Source: Marsupella aquatica (lineage: Eukaryota > Plantae > Marchantiophyta). From it: a stretch of 64,000 nt of DNA. The notes below the pieces were generated by a model. That model worked only from the letters and a program-made list of their open reading frames with translations. It did no database searches and had not been told where the DNA came from. The position numbers and the translations under genes are program-made. The stretch is taken from contig OZ316894.1 of NCBI GenBank assembly GCA_973895155.1, positions 10,571,874 through 10,635,873 of the forward strand, in the 5' to 3' direction. Shown here one piece after another: positions 24,975 through 38,500 of the stretch (its first letter is position 1; every line of letters starts with the position of its first letter).

Positions 24975-25513
24975 AACTCGCTCGCTGGAACCAAACCAGC
25001 CCAGCCGAGCCGAGCCGAGCCCTCGAAAATCCGTTCTCTCTCGCTCGCTCTCCTCTCTCTCTCTCTCTTGGCGCTTGCTCTCTCCCTCCTCTCTTGGCCT
25101 CGCCTCTCTCGTCGTCAGCTAAGCTCCAGTCGCTGACGATGATGAGGCCGCTTCTGCACCGGACGAGCTTTTCCTCGAGGATGCAGCATGCTGCTGTCTA
25201 CGAAATGGCTCGTTCGTTATCTTCCCTGCACGCGCGTGCAAAAGTGTGAAGCGAAGGCAAAGAAAAGCTCTGCCAGTCTGGTTGTTGTACAGCACTGAAT
25301 GCGGCGTGACCGCCGAGCGATGCACGGGACCTGCTCGACACTCGAAGAACCCTCCTGTCCGCTTTCCTTTCCTTTCCTTCACTTTCCTTTCCTTTCCATC
25401 ACTTTCCTTCCCTTTCCACCTTCGCTGGATCGCTTCGCTTCGATGGCGTCTCGTTCTTTTCCACTTGCTTCTTTTCAATACTCTGTTTCGCACTTTCGCT
25501 GCTCTGTTTTCTG

Positions 25514-25515
<2 letters not shown>

Positions 25516-25551
<36 letters not shown>
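25516..25551. repeat. (CT)n/(GA)n microsatellite upstream of the CELF gene
   Basis: About 18 CT units; GA repeats are typical BPC/GAGA-factor sites in plant promoters. Confidence 0.9.
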
Positions 25552-25555
<4 letters not shown>

Positions 25556-25987
25556 CTGTCGTTGGCAGAGGAATGAGCTGGTTGCCAGCCGGTCACCCGG
25601 TCGCCTGTCCTTCCCTCCAATTCCGGCTCGGTCCCGTTCGGTTCGGTTCGGTTCGGTTCGGTTGCGTCCGGTAAGGTAAGGTAAAGGCTCCCGTCCCTTG
25701 CGCTGATGCCCGGGTTCTAGTAATTAATTAATTAATTAATTAAAACTGGGCAAGTGGGTTTGCCTCGTCTGTGATTGGTTCCGTTCTTCTCGGTTTTCGT
25801 TTGCTTGCTGTCAGCTTGGCTATATATATCTATTTCTTCTTGCTTTTTTCCGAATATGGTTGTTCTTGCTTTTCGTTTGCTTGCTGTCACCCCTGCTATT
25901 TACATAAGGCACTGCCCAAAAGTAGAAGGCGCCTGACCGTTAGACACAACCTCACAAGGCTACATATTTCATTGTCAAAAAATAAAA

Positions 25988-26092
25988 GGTACCCCAACCA
26001 TGAGACACAATCTCACAAGGTTGTATGTATATATATATATATCACTGCCAATAAATAAACGGTACCCAACCATGAGACACAATCTCACAAGG

Positions 26093-26128
<36 letters not shown>
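25988..26128. repeat. Duplicated 33-bp unit, each followed by an (AT)n microsatellite
   Basis: ggtacc(c)caaccatgagacacaatctcacaagg twice; (TA)n at about 26029-26041 and 26097-26128. Confidence 0.85.
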
Positions 26129-26133
<5 letters not shown>

Positions 26134-26849
26134 ATTATAGTAGCTCAATCTCTCTGCAGCACACAAAAGTATATCACACTGCCAAAACAAAAGGCTCCCA
26201 CACGACACAATTGGAGAGGCAAGTAAACCAATAAGAGAGAGGGAACAAACAAAAAAAAACCCGTACATTGAAAACCCAGAAGCCTACCAATTGACCCCCC
26301 CTAAATCTCCACTCCGTTTCATTCCTTCTTTCTCGTGAGGAGCATGATTTGGGTGTCTGGTCTTGATGTGTTAGTTCCTTTCTACTTGGTTTTGGTCTGC
26401 TTGCTAGGGTACTTGCTATCAGCTTATTTTCTTGTTTCTGATGAGCTGCGCGATTGGGTGTCTGGTCTTGATTTTTGGTTCCTTTCTTCTTGGTTTTCAT
26501 CTGCTTGCTTGCTTACCTCAATGACATAGCGGTTCCCACTAAAAATAGCTATAGCGATTTAGTAAATGTTTCTCCCTAATCAACAAAACATTTTGGGGTC
26601 TTGTGATACCTAGGGCATGATCATTTGGTTTAAACACTGAATTTTCAAGGTATAAGTTCTTTTTAAGTGAAAAACAAAAAGGATAACATTCTGGAAACTG
26701 AAGCCAGGATGGACCACTATGTTGGACAAAGTGCTCCCGTGGACTACATTTTTGTGGTCCATGGGAGTTTGGAGCCAATAAGTTGATGATTATGAGTTCT
26801 TATATAAAATTTAGTTTTGCTCATTCAAGGCAACTAGAGAAGGAGGAGA

Positions 26850-27488
26850 TGTTAAAAAACACAAGCTATCCCAAACAGATTAGGGATCTTCTTAGCAAGG
26901 ATTCATACAATAGTAGAGCCATCCCCTCACCATGATACCCCGGGGGGCACTCGCAGACGCAACTTGACTTGGACGCATAGACGTTACAATCGGATCAGAG
27001 ATTATACCAGCAAATGGTTAGTGAAGGAATCGGAGTAAACATACACCTGTCCTGATAGTCATCAGTGGTATGTGGTTAGCACTGACTGGCCCCTGAGTAG
27101 ATGGCTCCGGCCTGATTGACCTCTAGTGGTTGTGAGGGCTGTAGTCCCCCCTGCCTATTGAGCATTGACGACATTCACAACGGCAAGCCCATTACCATCC
27201 AAGGATCAAGAGTCGACATAGATAGATATGTGAAGCTACATCCACGAGAACATACAAAAGCTTTACTGCACTCTAGGCCGACCGGTCATACCAAGCATCC
27301 ACAACACAAACTCTCCCTATCTCTCAACTGGCTTCGTTACAATGAGCCTGAGTTCCTACTCTCCGGCCAAGCAAACACCGTTTGGGTATAGTGTGTGTGC
27401 AACATGATTAACCTAACCTAGTTTGCGACTAAGGTTAGCCCTAACTGTGGTACAATCGTAACTCTAGACCTAAAAGTTAATCTTAACA
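26850..27488. mobile_element. Probable solo LTR (copy B of the repeat at about 9415-9987)
   Basis: Termini TGTTAA...TTAACA; last 120 bp homologous to 9870-9987; no TSD visible. Confidence 0.5.
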
Positions 27489-28674
27489 CTGCCCTCATGT
27501 GGGCTTTGTTTTCCTTGCTTGGGTTGTTATGAAGTTGAATTTAATTTAAATTTATTTTATTTTAAAAAACACAAGCCAAAATATTTCATATTAACACAAT
27601 GAAATTTAATCTAAGAGAACTTACACCTCCAGAATTCATGATAAAAATTCAACCAAAATTACCAAAAACTCACTGTGACTTTGAGGGAAGTGTAGCTGAA
27701 CTACTCCTCTTGCATATCCCCACTGTCAAAAATATTTGAGTTTGTGAATATCAAGTTAGTACAATTAGACTCAGTTTTTGAAAAATGTGGTCTATGGGGA
27801 TTTCAAAGACCAACCTTGTGGTCCATGGGGGTGCAAACAAAATTCAGCTCAGGAAAACACTCTTAAGCCGTACAGTTACAATTACTCAGTTATGATGTGG
27901 TTCACCTCATGGCAAGCTACGTTCACGGGAATGACAGAACTTTATTTCAGATATATGTATACATCAAAGCATCACCAAGCTCTCTGTCCAAGTTCCCATA
28001 TTATGATGTGTGTTCATAGTATCTCACTTGAGCACTCTCAAGTAAGTCCACAACCTTGAGAACCAGAATATACGGAATAATATTATCAACTAGGGTTAGA
28101 TCAAACCAAAGTTAACATACTTATTATAGTTAGTGTCTGAGTTCATCTTTACAGGGGTCTTCAAATTTTAACTTTAGGGCCTTGCATTATCTCCAGAAAT
28201 CTAAAGTAATTAATGTTTTGCATGAAGTGGGATGTGAATCTAGTGCTTGCCTTAGCTCTATTTGTTACATTCCTTGATTCACATGACTTGCACATCACTG
28301 AAAGTTTCAAAAATCCACTTTTGGGGCTTAAGTTTGGTAACACATACAAATGCAACACCTCACTCTCTAGAGAGTACATGTACATACAATTAATATTACT
28401 TTATTGTTAACATCAATTAGTATTTTATTCCCAATGACTTGAGTTGATAGCCATAAGCTTTGTCAGGATTTTACACATTAGATTCATTTATGAGTTTTTA
28501 ATCACCTTTAAGAATGATTCATTTTCTAATTAACTCATTGAAATATAATAAGCATTTTTTAATTTTACTACAAGACAACATAATAAATTAGGTTTCAGGT
28601 TGGGCCCTCGGTTGGGCCACCTATATGGATTCTTCTCTACAAATCACCAAATTCTCAATGAGACAAACCACTAA

Positions 28675-28890
28675 GGGCAAGCGTACACAGCACCAGAAAC
28701 ACAAAGGGCAATAAGTATATCAGGACAGCACCAAAAGTTGCAACAAGAGAAGCGTAAAGGGTAACAAGTACACTGGGACAGCACTAAAAATTGCAAGGAG
28801 AGAAATCACAAAAGGCAATAAGTATACCAAGAGAGCGCCAAGAATTGCAATAAGAGATATCCCAAAGGACAAGAAGTATACCAGGACATA
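28675..28890. repeat. Degenerate minisatellite, about 54-bp unit x4
   Basis: aagggcaataagtata..aggacagcacca.aa.ttgcaa.aagaga repeated. Confidence 0.7.
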
Positions 28891-30924
28891 AAGCCTACAT
28901 AAAGCCCCAAAAGAGTTGTGACCATTAATAGACTGCTAGCCTTTAACTGGCCAGTAATCAATTAATAGATAATAACTGCCCATAAGTGCCGTTACTTATA
29001 CACTTATTGCCTTTTTGATTAATAGTCTGGTTACAAGGGCAATATGGGTAATAGTAGCCTCTCAAAACTTGAACTAGACTCTCCTAAGTTCAGTAAGGAA
29101 CAAAGGGTGTGTGTAATCATTTATGGACGTCACTCCATTTCCCTATTCTATTGTCTGGAAAGCCATGATGGTTACCTTATACTAACCTGAATTTACGTGT
29201 TATAATGATGGTCTGGGTTGGGGTTATCATTACCTTATACCAAACTAGACTTACTTATTATAATGATGGTTTGGGTTGGGGTTGTTTGGGTTGGGTTCTA
29301 ATCTGAACTCCCAAGATGCTCAGAAAAGCTTCCCAGATACCACCAATCAGATTTTGTGCATTTGCAGGTGTCACAGGTTGTGAATTTTCTGGTCATTGCA
29401 GCCTAGTAACCCCCTAGGCCCAGACCATCGGTCTCCTATACATAAAGAGAGCCTTCATCCAAACCACACTTGCCCCTATAAAATGCCTCCGAGTCCTCAT
29501 TTCTCCCTCACTACTCCTCAATTCTGTCCTGAGGTGAACACGGGCTCACCATAAAAGAGGGACCACCACAGGGCTCACCATAACAGAGGGAGCAGTTGCT
29601 AATAAAAGAATTTGCACTCACCATCTTTTGTGGAGCTCTTAAACTTGTGCAGCGTATAATGAGAGCTACAGGTAACCTGTAGACTTGATAGGTGCAGTTG
29701 TGGTTTATAAGCATACGATAGCCTATTTTTAACTAAAAGTACACGGAGAAGTCTAATACTGCCTTTGCCCAAATCTGCAATGTGCATTCTTCTCAACAAA
29801 GCACCCAAAATTTCAATGTGAAAAATCATGACGGGCGTTGAGCTTTTCAAGGATCTTTGACGAGCTGTCGATTGTACAGCATCCCGTCCTCCTGGCCATA
29901 ATTCCATGAGAGCCAACCACTCCTGAGAATCTAGAGCCTGGGGATGGTTTGCAAAGCGATCCTAGACTTCTCAGCACTTCGGGTGCAAGACCCAAAAATA
30001 TAAAAGGTGTGACAGTTTGTAGTGATCTTGAAGGCCACAACATATGCTCTTATCGTCCTAAGGCTGATCTTGGGAGAATGTGATCCCACAAATTGACCCA
30101 AAAATTATGCTGTACTAATGGTTATTCAACTTCATCCACATATATCGACTTTTGCATACCTGCTTGACTGAAGCTGCAGTGCCCACTCTGCTCTCCTGGG
30201 TCTTGTCATGCACAGGCTCGAGTTCAGAAAGTTTGCACAAAACAATGATGTCTGCGAAGAAACTATCCAATGATAGTCTCCAATCTTCATCACTCATCCT
30301 TCCCCAACTTTTGCACACCTCCTCGACTGATTCTGAGTCTGGCACAGACTGCAGTAGAGCCTTCAATTCCCGAGTTGGAACTGTCTCCCTGGCAATCATC
30401 GTCAACAACGTCATGCATTTCAGATTGCTCCAGAAACCCAGCAATGTCGACCGCTTGGCACCAAAAGCTGTTAAAACTGGTGCCTGTTAAAACTGGTGCC
30501 TGTACATGGACGATTCAACATCTCAACATCTCAAACTTTGCTCGATACGTTGAGATGTTGAACGGTCCAAGTCCAGGCCACAAGGGTGCTGAAATTACAA
30601 CTCCACGGACAGGATATCATAACCATCGTCCCACGTTAATCGGGCAGTGGATGACACGAAGATGACAGAAGCCGCTGCGGACGCATGGCACGAAGCAAGT
30701 AGTTTCGGACCTCGAGAATCGAATCGAAGCCGTGGCATGTGGCCACGATGCACACACAGCAAGAGGAGCAGGAAGTCTAGGATCGAACGCTGAGTAGAGC
30801 ATTTCCGGATCGATGCAGCCCGACCACGCTAACTACGTTGAGTAGAACTTAGCTTTAATACCTTGACAGTGGGGAGATAGATGGGTCGGGCCGCGGGCTG
30901 TGGACTCCAGGCTTCAGGCTCCAG

Positions 30925-31400
30925 CTGCCTCCTTCTCTGCCTGATCGTCGGGGTTTCGTGATTGATGGCCATGCAGGGAGGAGAGAAGTTCTCATGAGTC
31001 AGTTGCGTTGAAGTCAATAGCTAGCACGAGAAAAGAACTCACTGTCGCAGCAGTACTGCAGTCGCCTCATCTGCCTGATCTTCGGGACGTCGTGATTGAC
31101 AGTCGTAGACAGTTCATGCAGTAGAGCGAATGATTGTGTCGGTGGGTTGAAGTCAATAGCACGAGAAATCAAAGAACTTCAGTCGCCTCTTCTGCCTGAT
31201 CCTCGGGGTGTGGTGATTGACAAACCTGCAATAGAGGGATTGAGCTGGTCATTGGGGCTGAAATCATTAGCATGAAAAAGGGAGTCAGTAATTGAAGTCG
31301 CCTCTTCTGCCTGATCTTCCGGATGTCGTGACTGACATCACTCTCTTCAGTAGAGGGATTGAGTGAGTAGGGGGGTTGAAGTCAATAGCACGAGAAAAGA
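30925..31400. repeat. Degenerate tandem repeat, about 120-bp unit x4
   Basis: gtcgcctcttctgcctgatc....gtcgtgattga...ttgaagtcaatagcacgagaaa recurs at about 30930, 31061, 31182, 31297. Confidence 0.8.
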
Positions 31401-33421
31401 ATTCAGTATTATCAAGAGCTTTGGTGTAGTAGTTGATGGAAAGCAACGCAGGAACGTTGAAGGTAAGAGAGATGAGACTCTGAGAGGGAGGTGATGGCAG
31501 GAGTTAAAGACTAAATTCAATATGCTGTCATTGCTTACTTGGTAGCTTCCATGCTTCACTTAATGCCTTCCTTGTCGGTGTTCTTTGCGTTCCTTTCTTC
31601 ACTCCCAGTCATAAAATATCTGTGTCCTTGATTTTTTCAGAGGCATTGATCTAATGGGTATGGGCTTTCTCCCATGCTCTCATAGGAGTTCAATTCTCGT
31701 AAAAGCAATCATTAAGGTCAATTATCGTAAATGGAATCATTAAGGTAATACAGAGAGGGCCAACCTGAGTCCATGTCTTATTTGCGAAACACAAGTTGGC
31801 ACCTATAGATTTTATGACCGACAGAAATTGACGTACCGGGTATGGCTCCGTTTGCAAATGAAAAACAAAATTAGAGAATCAATGTGGAATCAGATAACAG
31901 GGTCCGGCAAAAATCTTGATGAAGCAGGTTGGTTCGACGCTGCACCTGCACCATAGCGATCCCAATTAACCCGCCATAGCTGTGGTGAAGGTTCTCTGCT
32001 GTATACGTCCGATTCCACTTGCTCCTGTACGTGCACAACGTCAGGAAGCCACAAATCCACGTCTACACTCTCATCATCGTGTGGACAATTATTGTTGAAT
32101 AATTATCTTGCGAAAATTTTAATGGTATTTCGATTGCAGTCATTGGCAGAATTTTCCCAAACTGAGTATGACAAAGGAGGGAGTTGTGAGTTGTGGGTGT
32201 GGCGATCCTGCATTGCTTTTCATTGGAAAATGATATCGTCTTGGGCATCTTCATCCGGAGAGTCCTATCCACAAACTAAGTCAACTCTTGCCCTGTCAAT
32301 TGCGGAATAGTCAGGGATGTAGGCCCATAGCATGGAAGAGCCTCAATTGCAGAGTCTGTAAAATCATCAATCTCAGAAGTTTTTATTTCTTTGAACTCTG
32401 GACTAAGTGCTAAAAGTCTTACTGTAGGCTTTCGGTTGTTCCCTGTTTAGCCTTTCCTTCTAAATTTTGTGTTGAATGGTAAATGTTGTCGATAAAGGAC
32501 GCACCTATCTTTGTCCGAAATTTCTCCAGACCGCAATTCATGGATTAAGTCCTAAAAGTGCTGTAGTAGGTCGATAAAGGAATTTCTTTTTTACTGAAGA
32601 TTGTCCCGGCAGATTATTTGTAGACTAAAAAGAATCTGTCTCTTCATTTGTGCTACCAGGAAAGAAAACGTTTTTAAGTGATGTTGTGATCCTCCCTCCC
32701 CCGGGAACAGTCACTGGTGACCTCCCGCCCGCTGTCGTCCTTAATATAAATTTATTTTTGCAAGACGAACGAAAACCTTTAAGGTGTCCCTTCAGAAAAT
32801 TTGGTTTCTAAAAAGGCAGCAGAAAACGTTTAAGGTGTCCCCCATTTGCCGTTGTGTTACTCAGACAGAAAACGTTCTAGACGTCCCTGGAGAAAATTGT
32901 CCATCCCATGCTGTACATCAAAACCATTACTGGGAGAAAACCCACAAACCTACACAATCAGTCCGGCGCTTTTTCAAATTTGTTTGCCTTATTTGGAGCT
33001 GGTCAAAATTAGCTTCAAAGGAAAGCTACAGGCCCAAATCTCCACGTTGGATATCTGACAAGCTCTGAAGTTTACACGCTACAGATACTCACAGTATCCA
33101 CGAGAAAAGTCTCCATCCCATCCCGTCCATAAAACCATCACAGGGAGAAAACACAGAAACCTAAACGGTCCGGAACTTTCCCGTAGTGTTGGGCGTTTAT
33201 TGTGGAGGTGGTCAAAACTAGCTTCAAAGGCAAGCTACGGGCCCAATCTGTATTTTGGACATCTTAGAAGCTCTCAAAGGTATGTACAGTACCTGGTATC
33301 CACGGGGGCATGTCCTCAGGGAATAGCTGCAAGGAAGAGTCAATCTCCCCACCACGAAGTCAGCCCGCTGCAACTCTCTATTTTCAACTAGGCCCCTATG
33401 GTGGGATTTTTCCCCCTATCC

Positions 33422-34222
33422 TGTTGAGGAGTATCTACATCAATCTATGACTATTCCAATGTTCTCAATTAAATAATCGCCACCTACACGCAAGAGGGGT
33501 GTAACACGAATCCGCACAATTGGTTCCCAACTCACAACTGGCCACCTACACTGCAAGCGTAACACGAATCCACACAATTCAATGTTCCCAATTCACAAAT
33601 GGAGCTGGACTGCAAGAATAACGCCAATCGACACAAGTTTTTGTGGAATAGAACGAGCAGAGAGCAAGTCTTGCAGTTCAAGAATCCAAATATATATTTG
33701 TGCAACTGCCCATTGAATTTCCAAAAGCTCAATGCTCGCACCTGCAAACTTACCAGAGATCTCAGTCACATGGAATCCCTGTGGTGACTTGTTTCTTGAT
33801 GTGAACGAGTGAACCTCCATATACTCTGGCTATACAGCGCAATAACAGATAGCCGTCAGTCCATGTCTAAACCCTCAATCAGTCATATCGTGGGGTAGTC
33901 GAGCCCGCAGAGAGAGAAGAGGCATGCCTAGCTTTTCAACACAATCATCTTGCACGTACAATGCTAATGTAGCCATGACGTTTCTGTTAAAGCACAAGTT
34001 CTCAGCTCGATATGATTTCCCGAAATGGTCGCCCTTGTATGTGTCACTCAGAAACCCATCACACTCCTTGAAATCCGATGGCCAGACTGACTGGTCGGGT
34101 CCTGGTAGTGTTACGACGGCTTGACAATCTCACTTGTGCTCAACAGACTGACTGGTCGGCTCCTGGTAGTGTCACGACTGCTTGACAATCTCATTTGTGC
34201 CCAACAGCACTTCTCCTCAACA
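33422..34222. mobile_element. Probable solo LTR (about 800 bp)
   Basis: 10-bp terminal inverted repeats TGTTGAGGAG...CTCCTCAACA with canonical TG..CA ends; internal short tandem duplication at 34083-34200; no clear TSD. Confidence 0.55.
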
Positions 34223-35153
34223 ATAACAATACTATGAAATGCATGGGCTAGTTGTTACATGAAACTAAGCACTTCTCCTCAACAATAACAATACTATGCA
34301 AAATGCATGGGCATTGGGCTAGCTGTTACATGAAACTAATGTAGCTCAAGGTCAGCCTGGGGACGGTCTATGGTGACTGGCAGGTTGAGGGCCTCGCTTA
34401 TTAGGTGTATGCTCTAGGAGTGTCAATTTACCAAAATCCTTAGATACACTAGCACAAACTCCACTCCAAGGTTGTCCATTGAACAACTCCCTGCCCTGTA
34501 TATATACCCTGCATAAAATAGCACAAACCTATGCAGTTGACGTTGGTACACACTTGCATTAAAAGCCTTGAGCAAAAGCCAATCTACATTGTCATGGGTA
34601 TCCTGATCAAATCACTACCACTCAAGTCAGTTAGCACCTTTATAATGTCAATACCAAACTTTAACTGAATTGTAAAGTAGATCGAATCACAACCATTCAA
34701 GTCACTTAACACCTCCTCAAATCGTTACTGAACTGAATTGTATGACTAGATGATGGTATCTCTTTATGAATACATGTTCATAGGCATCGTTTACATGTTA
34801 CAGCTTGAAGTATAACCTCGTTCAACGGGGAGGGACATATTTCGGGTCATCAAAAGATAGAGCGCCATATCAGCGATGTGATACACTCTCAGAGATGTTT
34901 TCAGACCTCGATTGCCCCTTATTAATCGGTGCCATTTCTCAACTGAAGTATGGTACTAAACCCTTGTACACCAACAAGAACTTCTAACTACTCATTTGGA
35001 ATACTCCTTCAACTAGTGAGAAGACGATCATAAAGAATTTAGACGCTTTCCTCGTCCAGCTTACTAGTACGAGAATTGGTCTAATTATCCACGTAACAAG
35101 TCCCTAATAATCCGCGGCTTGTTTCAAAATTCAATCAACCCTGGTGTTACAAG

Positions 35154-35406
35154 TTTAGGCCCAGATCTTGACCTTGTACTGTACTCATAGACACACTCGA
35201 TATCAGCATATCATCACATCACGGCAGCAACCGCATTTGTGATCTGAAAACGCAATCATACTATCATACAGATCAATCTTCGCCCGATCAGCAAGGATGA
35301 AGTCCATGTGGCCGTCGTCCTCATCAACAATAACCAAAAGCTCGCTTGGTATCTCTGCCACCGTCTGAACTGCATCTATTGCATCCGCCAAGGGATCCTT
35401 ACCACC
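35154..35406 (-). pseudogene. Tandemly duplicated, mutated fragment of the lipase last exon and 3' UTR
   Basis: Closely similar to 35419-35700; encodes GGKDPLADAIDAVQTVAEIPSELLVIVDEDDGHMDFILADRAKIDLYDSMIAF, then a frameshift. Confidence 0.85.
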
Positions 35407-35505
35407 TTAGTGTTGCGATTTTAGGCCCAAGATCTTGACCTTGTACTGTACAAGCTCATATATACACTCGATATCATCATATCATCACATCACGGCATCA
35501 TATCA

Positions 35506-38500
35506 TCACATCACGGCAGCACCCGCAGTTTGTGACCTGAAAAAGGCAATCATACTATCATACAGATCAATCTTCGCCCGATCAGCAAGGATGAAGTCCA
35601 TGTGGCCGTAGTCCTCAACAACAATAACCAAAGGCTCGGTTGGTAGCTCTGCCACCGTCTGAACTGCATCTATTGCATCCGCCAAGGCATCGTTACCACC
35701 ATAACCCATCCACAATGGAAGTGATTTTGGTATGTCAGCAAGGTCATACGCAGGTGGAGAAAACCTGAAATAATTCCGCAAGTTACCCAGAAGCCCATAG
35801 TCGTACATGCAGTACGTTCCATCCCGGATCACTGGCATCAAAGCCACATCAATCTTATGAGATGGCAGCAGCTCACGTCATTTTACAGTTGATTTCACAG
35901 AAGTATTAATAGACACTGTCAATTCAAGAACATGAGGCTCCGACCACAAAAACTGCATTGTATCATTCAATAAGAGCAGTTGAGGGAAAAAGACAATACT
36001 TTGAGCAAGATGGGCTAAATTCTTCACAGAGGTCGAATGTGGCTCGTATTCCAAATAATATGGGATCCGCGAAGTGTTGAAGCAACAATTAGGACCTGTG
36101 GGACAACGAGAAGTGGTCAAGTCAGCGGGCATCAATTCCGATATTGCAACAGTAGACAAGTTCACATTCATAGATACAATAAATACTAATCACTACAATT
36201 GTGTCTCAACGTAACAGAGTAAACTGCTGAATCATGCATACCAGTGATGGCAGCCAACAAGTTGTCGCAGTTCACACGTTTTGAAGCACATACCCAGTCC
36301 AAAAATTCAACCCCAACCTCACTGGAAAGGCACAAGCATACAGTAATCTGTCAGAGATAGTAAAATTCTGACACGATTGCAACTTGATTTCCATATTTAG
36401 CTTCCAATAAATGACAAATGTAGTAGAAACCCAATGAACAAGCATATCACAACTCACAAACACAAAAGTCATTGCGATAATTCGGGCAACCTGTGGCAAA
36501 GAAATCAAAACTGCTTCAAGTGTCTACCAACTAGCATCTTTGCCTTCGGGGTCATGCAAGAAAAAAAATTGGAATGTAAAACTTCCGTCGACTACATTCT
36601 CCGCCCGACCTTTGACAATCTTCTCCCTCCAGAATCTGTTCTTGGAAGCCAAACTAGGTAGACATTCTTTCAAGGTGACAGGAGTGCTCCCAAATCCTCC
36701 CAGAAACCCTGGTTAATCCACATGCACACTAATGCTTACCTGCGAAGATTGAACTCATGCAATCCTACGGTCTTTACTAGCTGCAAATAGATACCCACAT
36801 TGATTCCCCATCAGCGCTCTTTTCCAAAACTTAATTCATACACTTAATTGAACTACTGACTCAATGGCTCAAAAGAGATTTCTAAAATACAAAACATAAA
36901 GGCGATCACAACTTTACTACCACAGCCGGCCATTTTAGATTCAAAGTCAAACCCATAATGGAAGAGAATCAACATACAAAAACAAAATCTAACATGACGA
37001 AAAAATAAAAGCCAATATGAATACAGACCCTTTCGATGTAAGAGTGCGCTGCAGTGTTAACAAAGGCAGATGTGATGTGCTTTAAGTATGTGATTGGACT
37101 TAGCAACGCCGCAGCAGCCACAAAATTTCCAACAGTCTTCTGAGTAAAGGCTGCCAGTCCAATGATTGTGCCCTGAAGATTCCAAACCTTAGAACGAGAG
37201 ATTACAAATGGATAGTATTCTCTTCAAGAAAGTCAAGAGCAGAAAAGAATCCGCCACACCTAAGATCGTACCCGTTTTACACATTACCTGAGAATGACCA
37301 ACATAAAAAACTTTGACACCCGTTGTACTGTACACAAACTGTAGAAAAGCTGGGATATCATATGCCGCCAATTCATCCCAGCTCCAGTCCCATGATTCCT
37401 GCTTCAATGTAAAAGTCCAGGCATGAGGACTACGTAAAGAGTGCCTGTCCCTCACATTTCCTAACCCAAACTTCTCTAATTAAGAAATCCTTCAGAAAAA
37501 AGGGAGACTCAGCTGCAACTGTTCTAGTTGCGGCTACCAACAATGACGCAAGACAACCCACCACAACCGAATTTCTTAAGAAACAAAATCAAGGTCGCCG
37601 AAAATACACCTTGTCTTTCTCTGAATAAGATATATGTCCGTGACTCCACTTTGTACAACGGCTGCTACCAATCCAGACATCAAAGCCTTCATCTGCAAGA
37701 ATGTATGCCAAAGATTGATCTCGAGAATTCAACAGCCAAGTGTCACCACCCTGTATGACAAGAGCAAGCGATTCAGTTCAGCTGGAAAAGGATTGCTTAG
37801 AGTTTGGTGACTTGATGATGGTGACACAGAAGCGATAAGGTGATGATTTGCTTCACAACAGCCTTTCCAACTCTCTGGCATTTATTGAACTCTGCTCATG
37901 ACATCGACGGTCAACCGAGAAAGTTGACTACGTTTTACCCTTTCCGTCAGCACATGATACTGATTGGCCAAAATCAAACGATAGTTTGCATTAAGAAATT
38001 ATCGTAAGTGAGAGAATCCTGGACCTGGAGCAGCCCATGCTGAAGAAAAACAGGTTGTTTGGGAAAAACATTTTCTTCCTTTTCGTAGCCACTTGGGATT
38101 CGATGTAACCCCAACAGGAAACCATCTTCTGTAGTCACCTGCAAGATGTTGAGCAATTCACGGCGAATTCAAAACTGATCTTCAGCTCTCCTCGTTCGCA
38201 GATTTTGAGAGTAGTTATTCAATAATTTTGAGGAACTACACGTTAAGACCTTGACACGATGCTGCGGGTCTCCCCCAGAATGATCCAAAAGGTTTACCGT
38301 AAAAACACTCTCACAACTCGATCACTTTCAACGATTATCTACACACAGAGATGGCAAACTTTTGTCATATTTTGACACAAGCGATTTTCAAGACCTCAGA
38401 TAGACACTGCGCCAAGATTTCCGATTGTCTGCGCACCAGGGAAAGAACCTGCCAACGCAGGTAATGCGATCCATTACAACTAGCTAGAGATGACAAGCTT

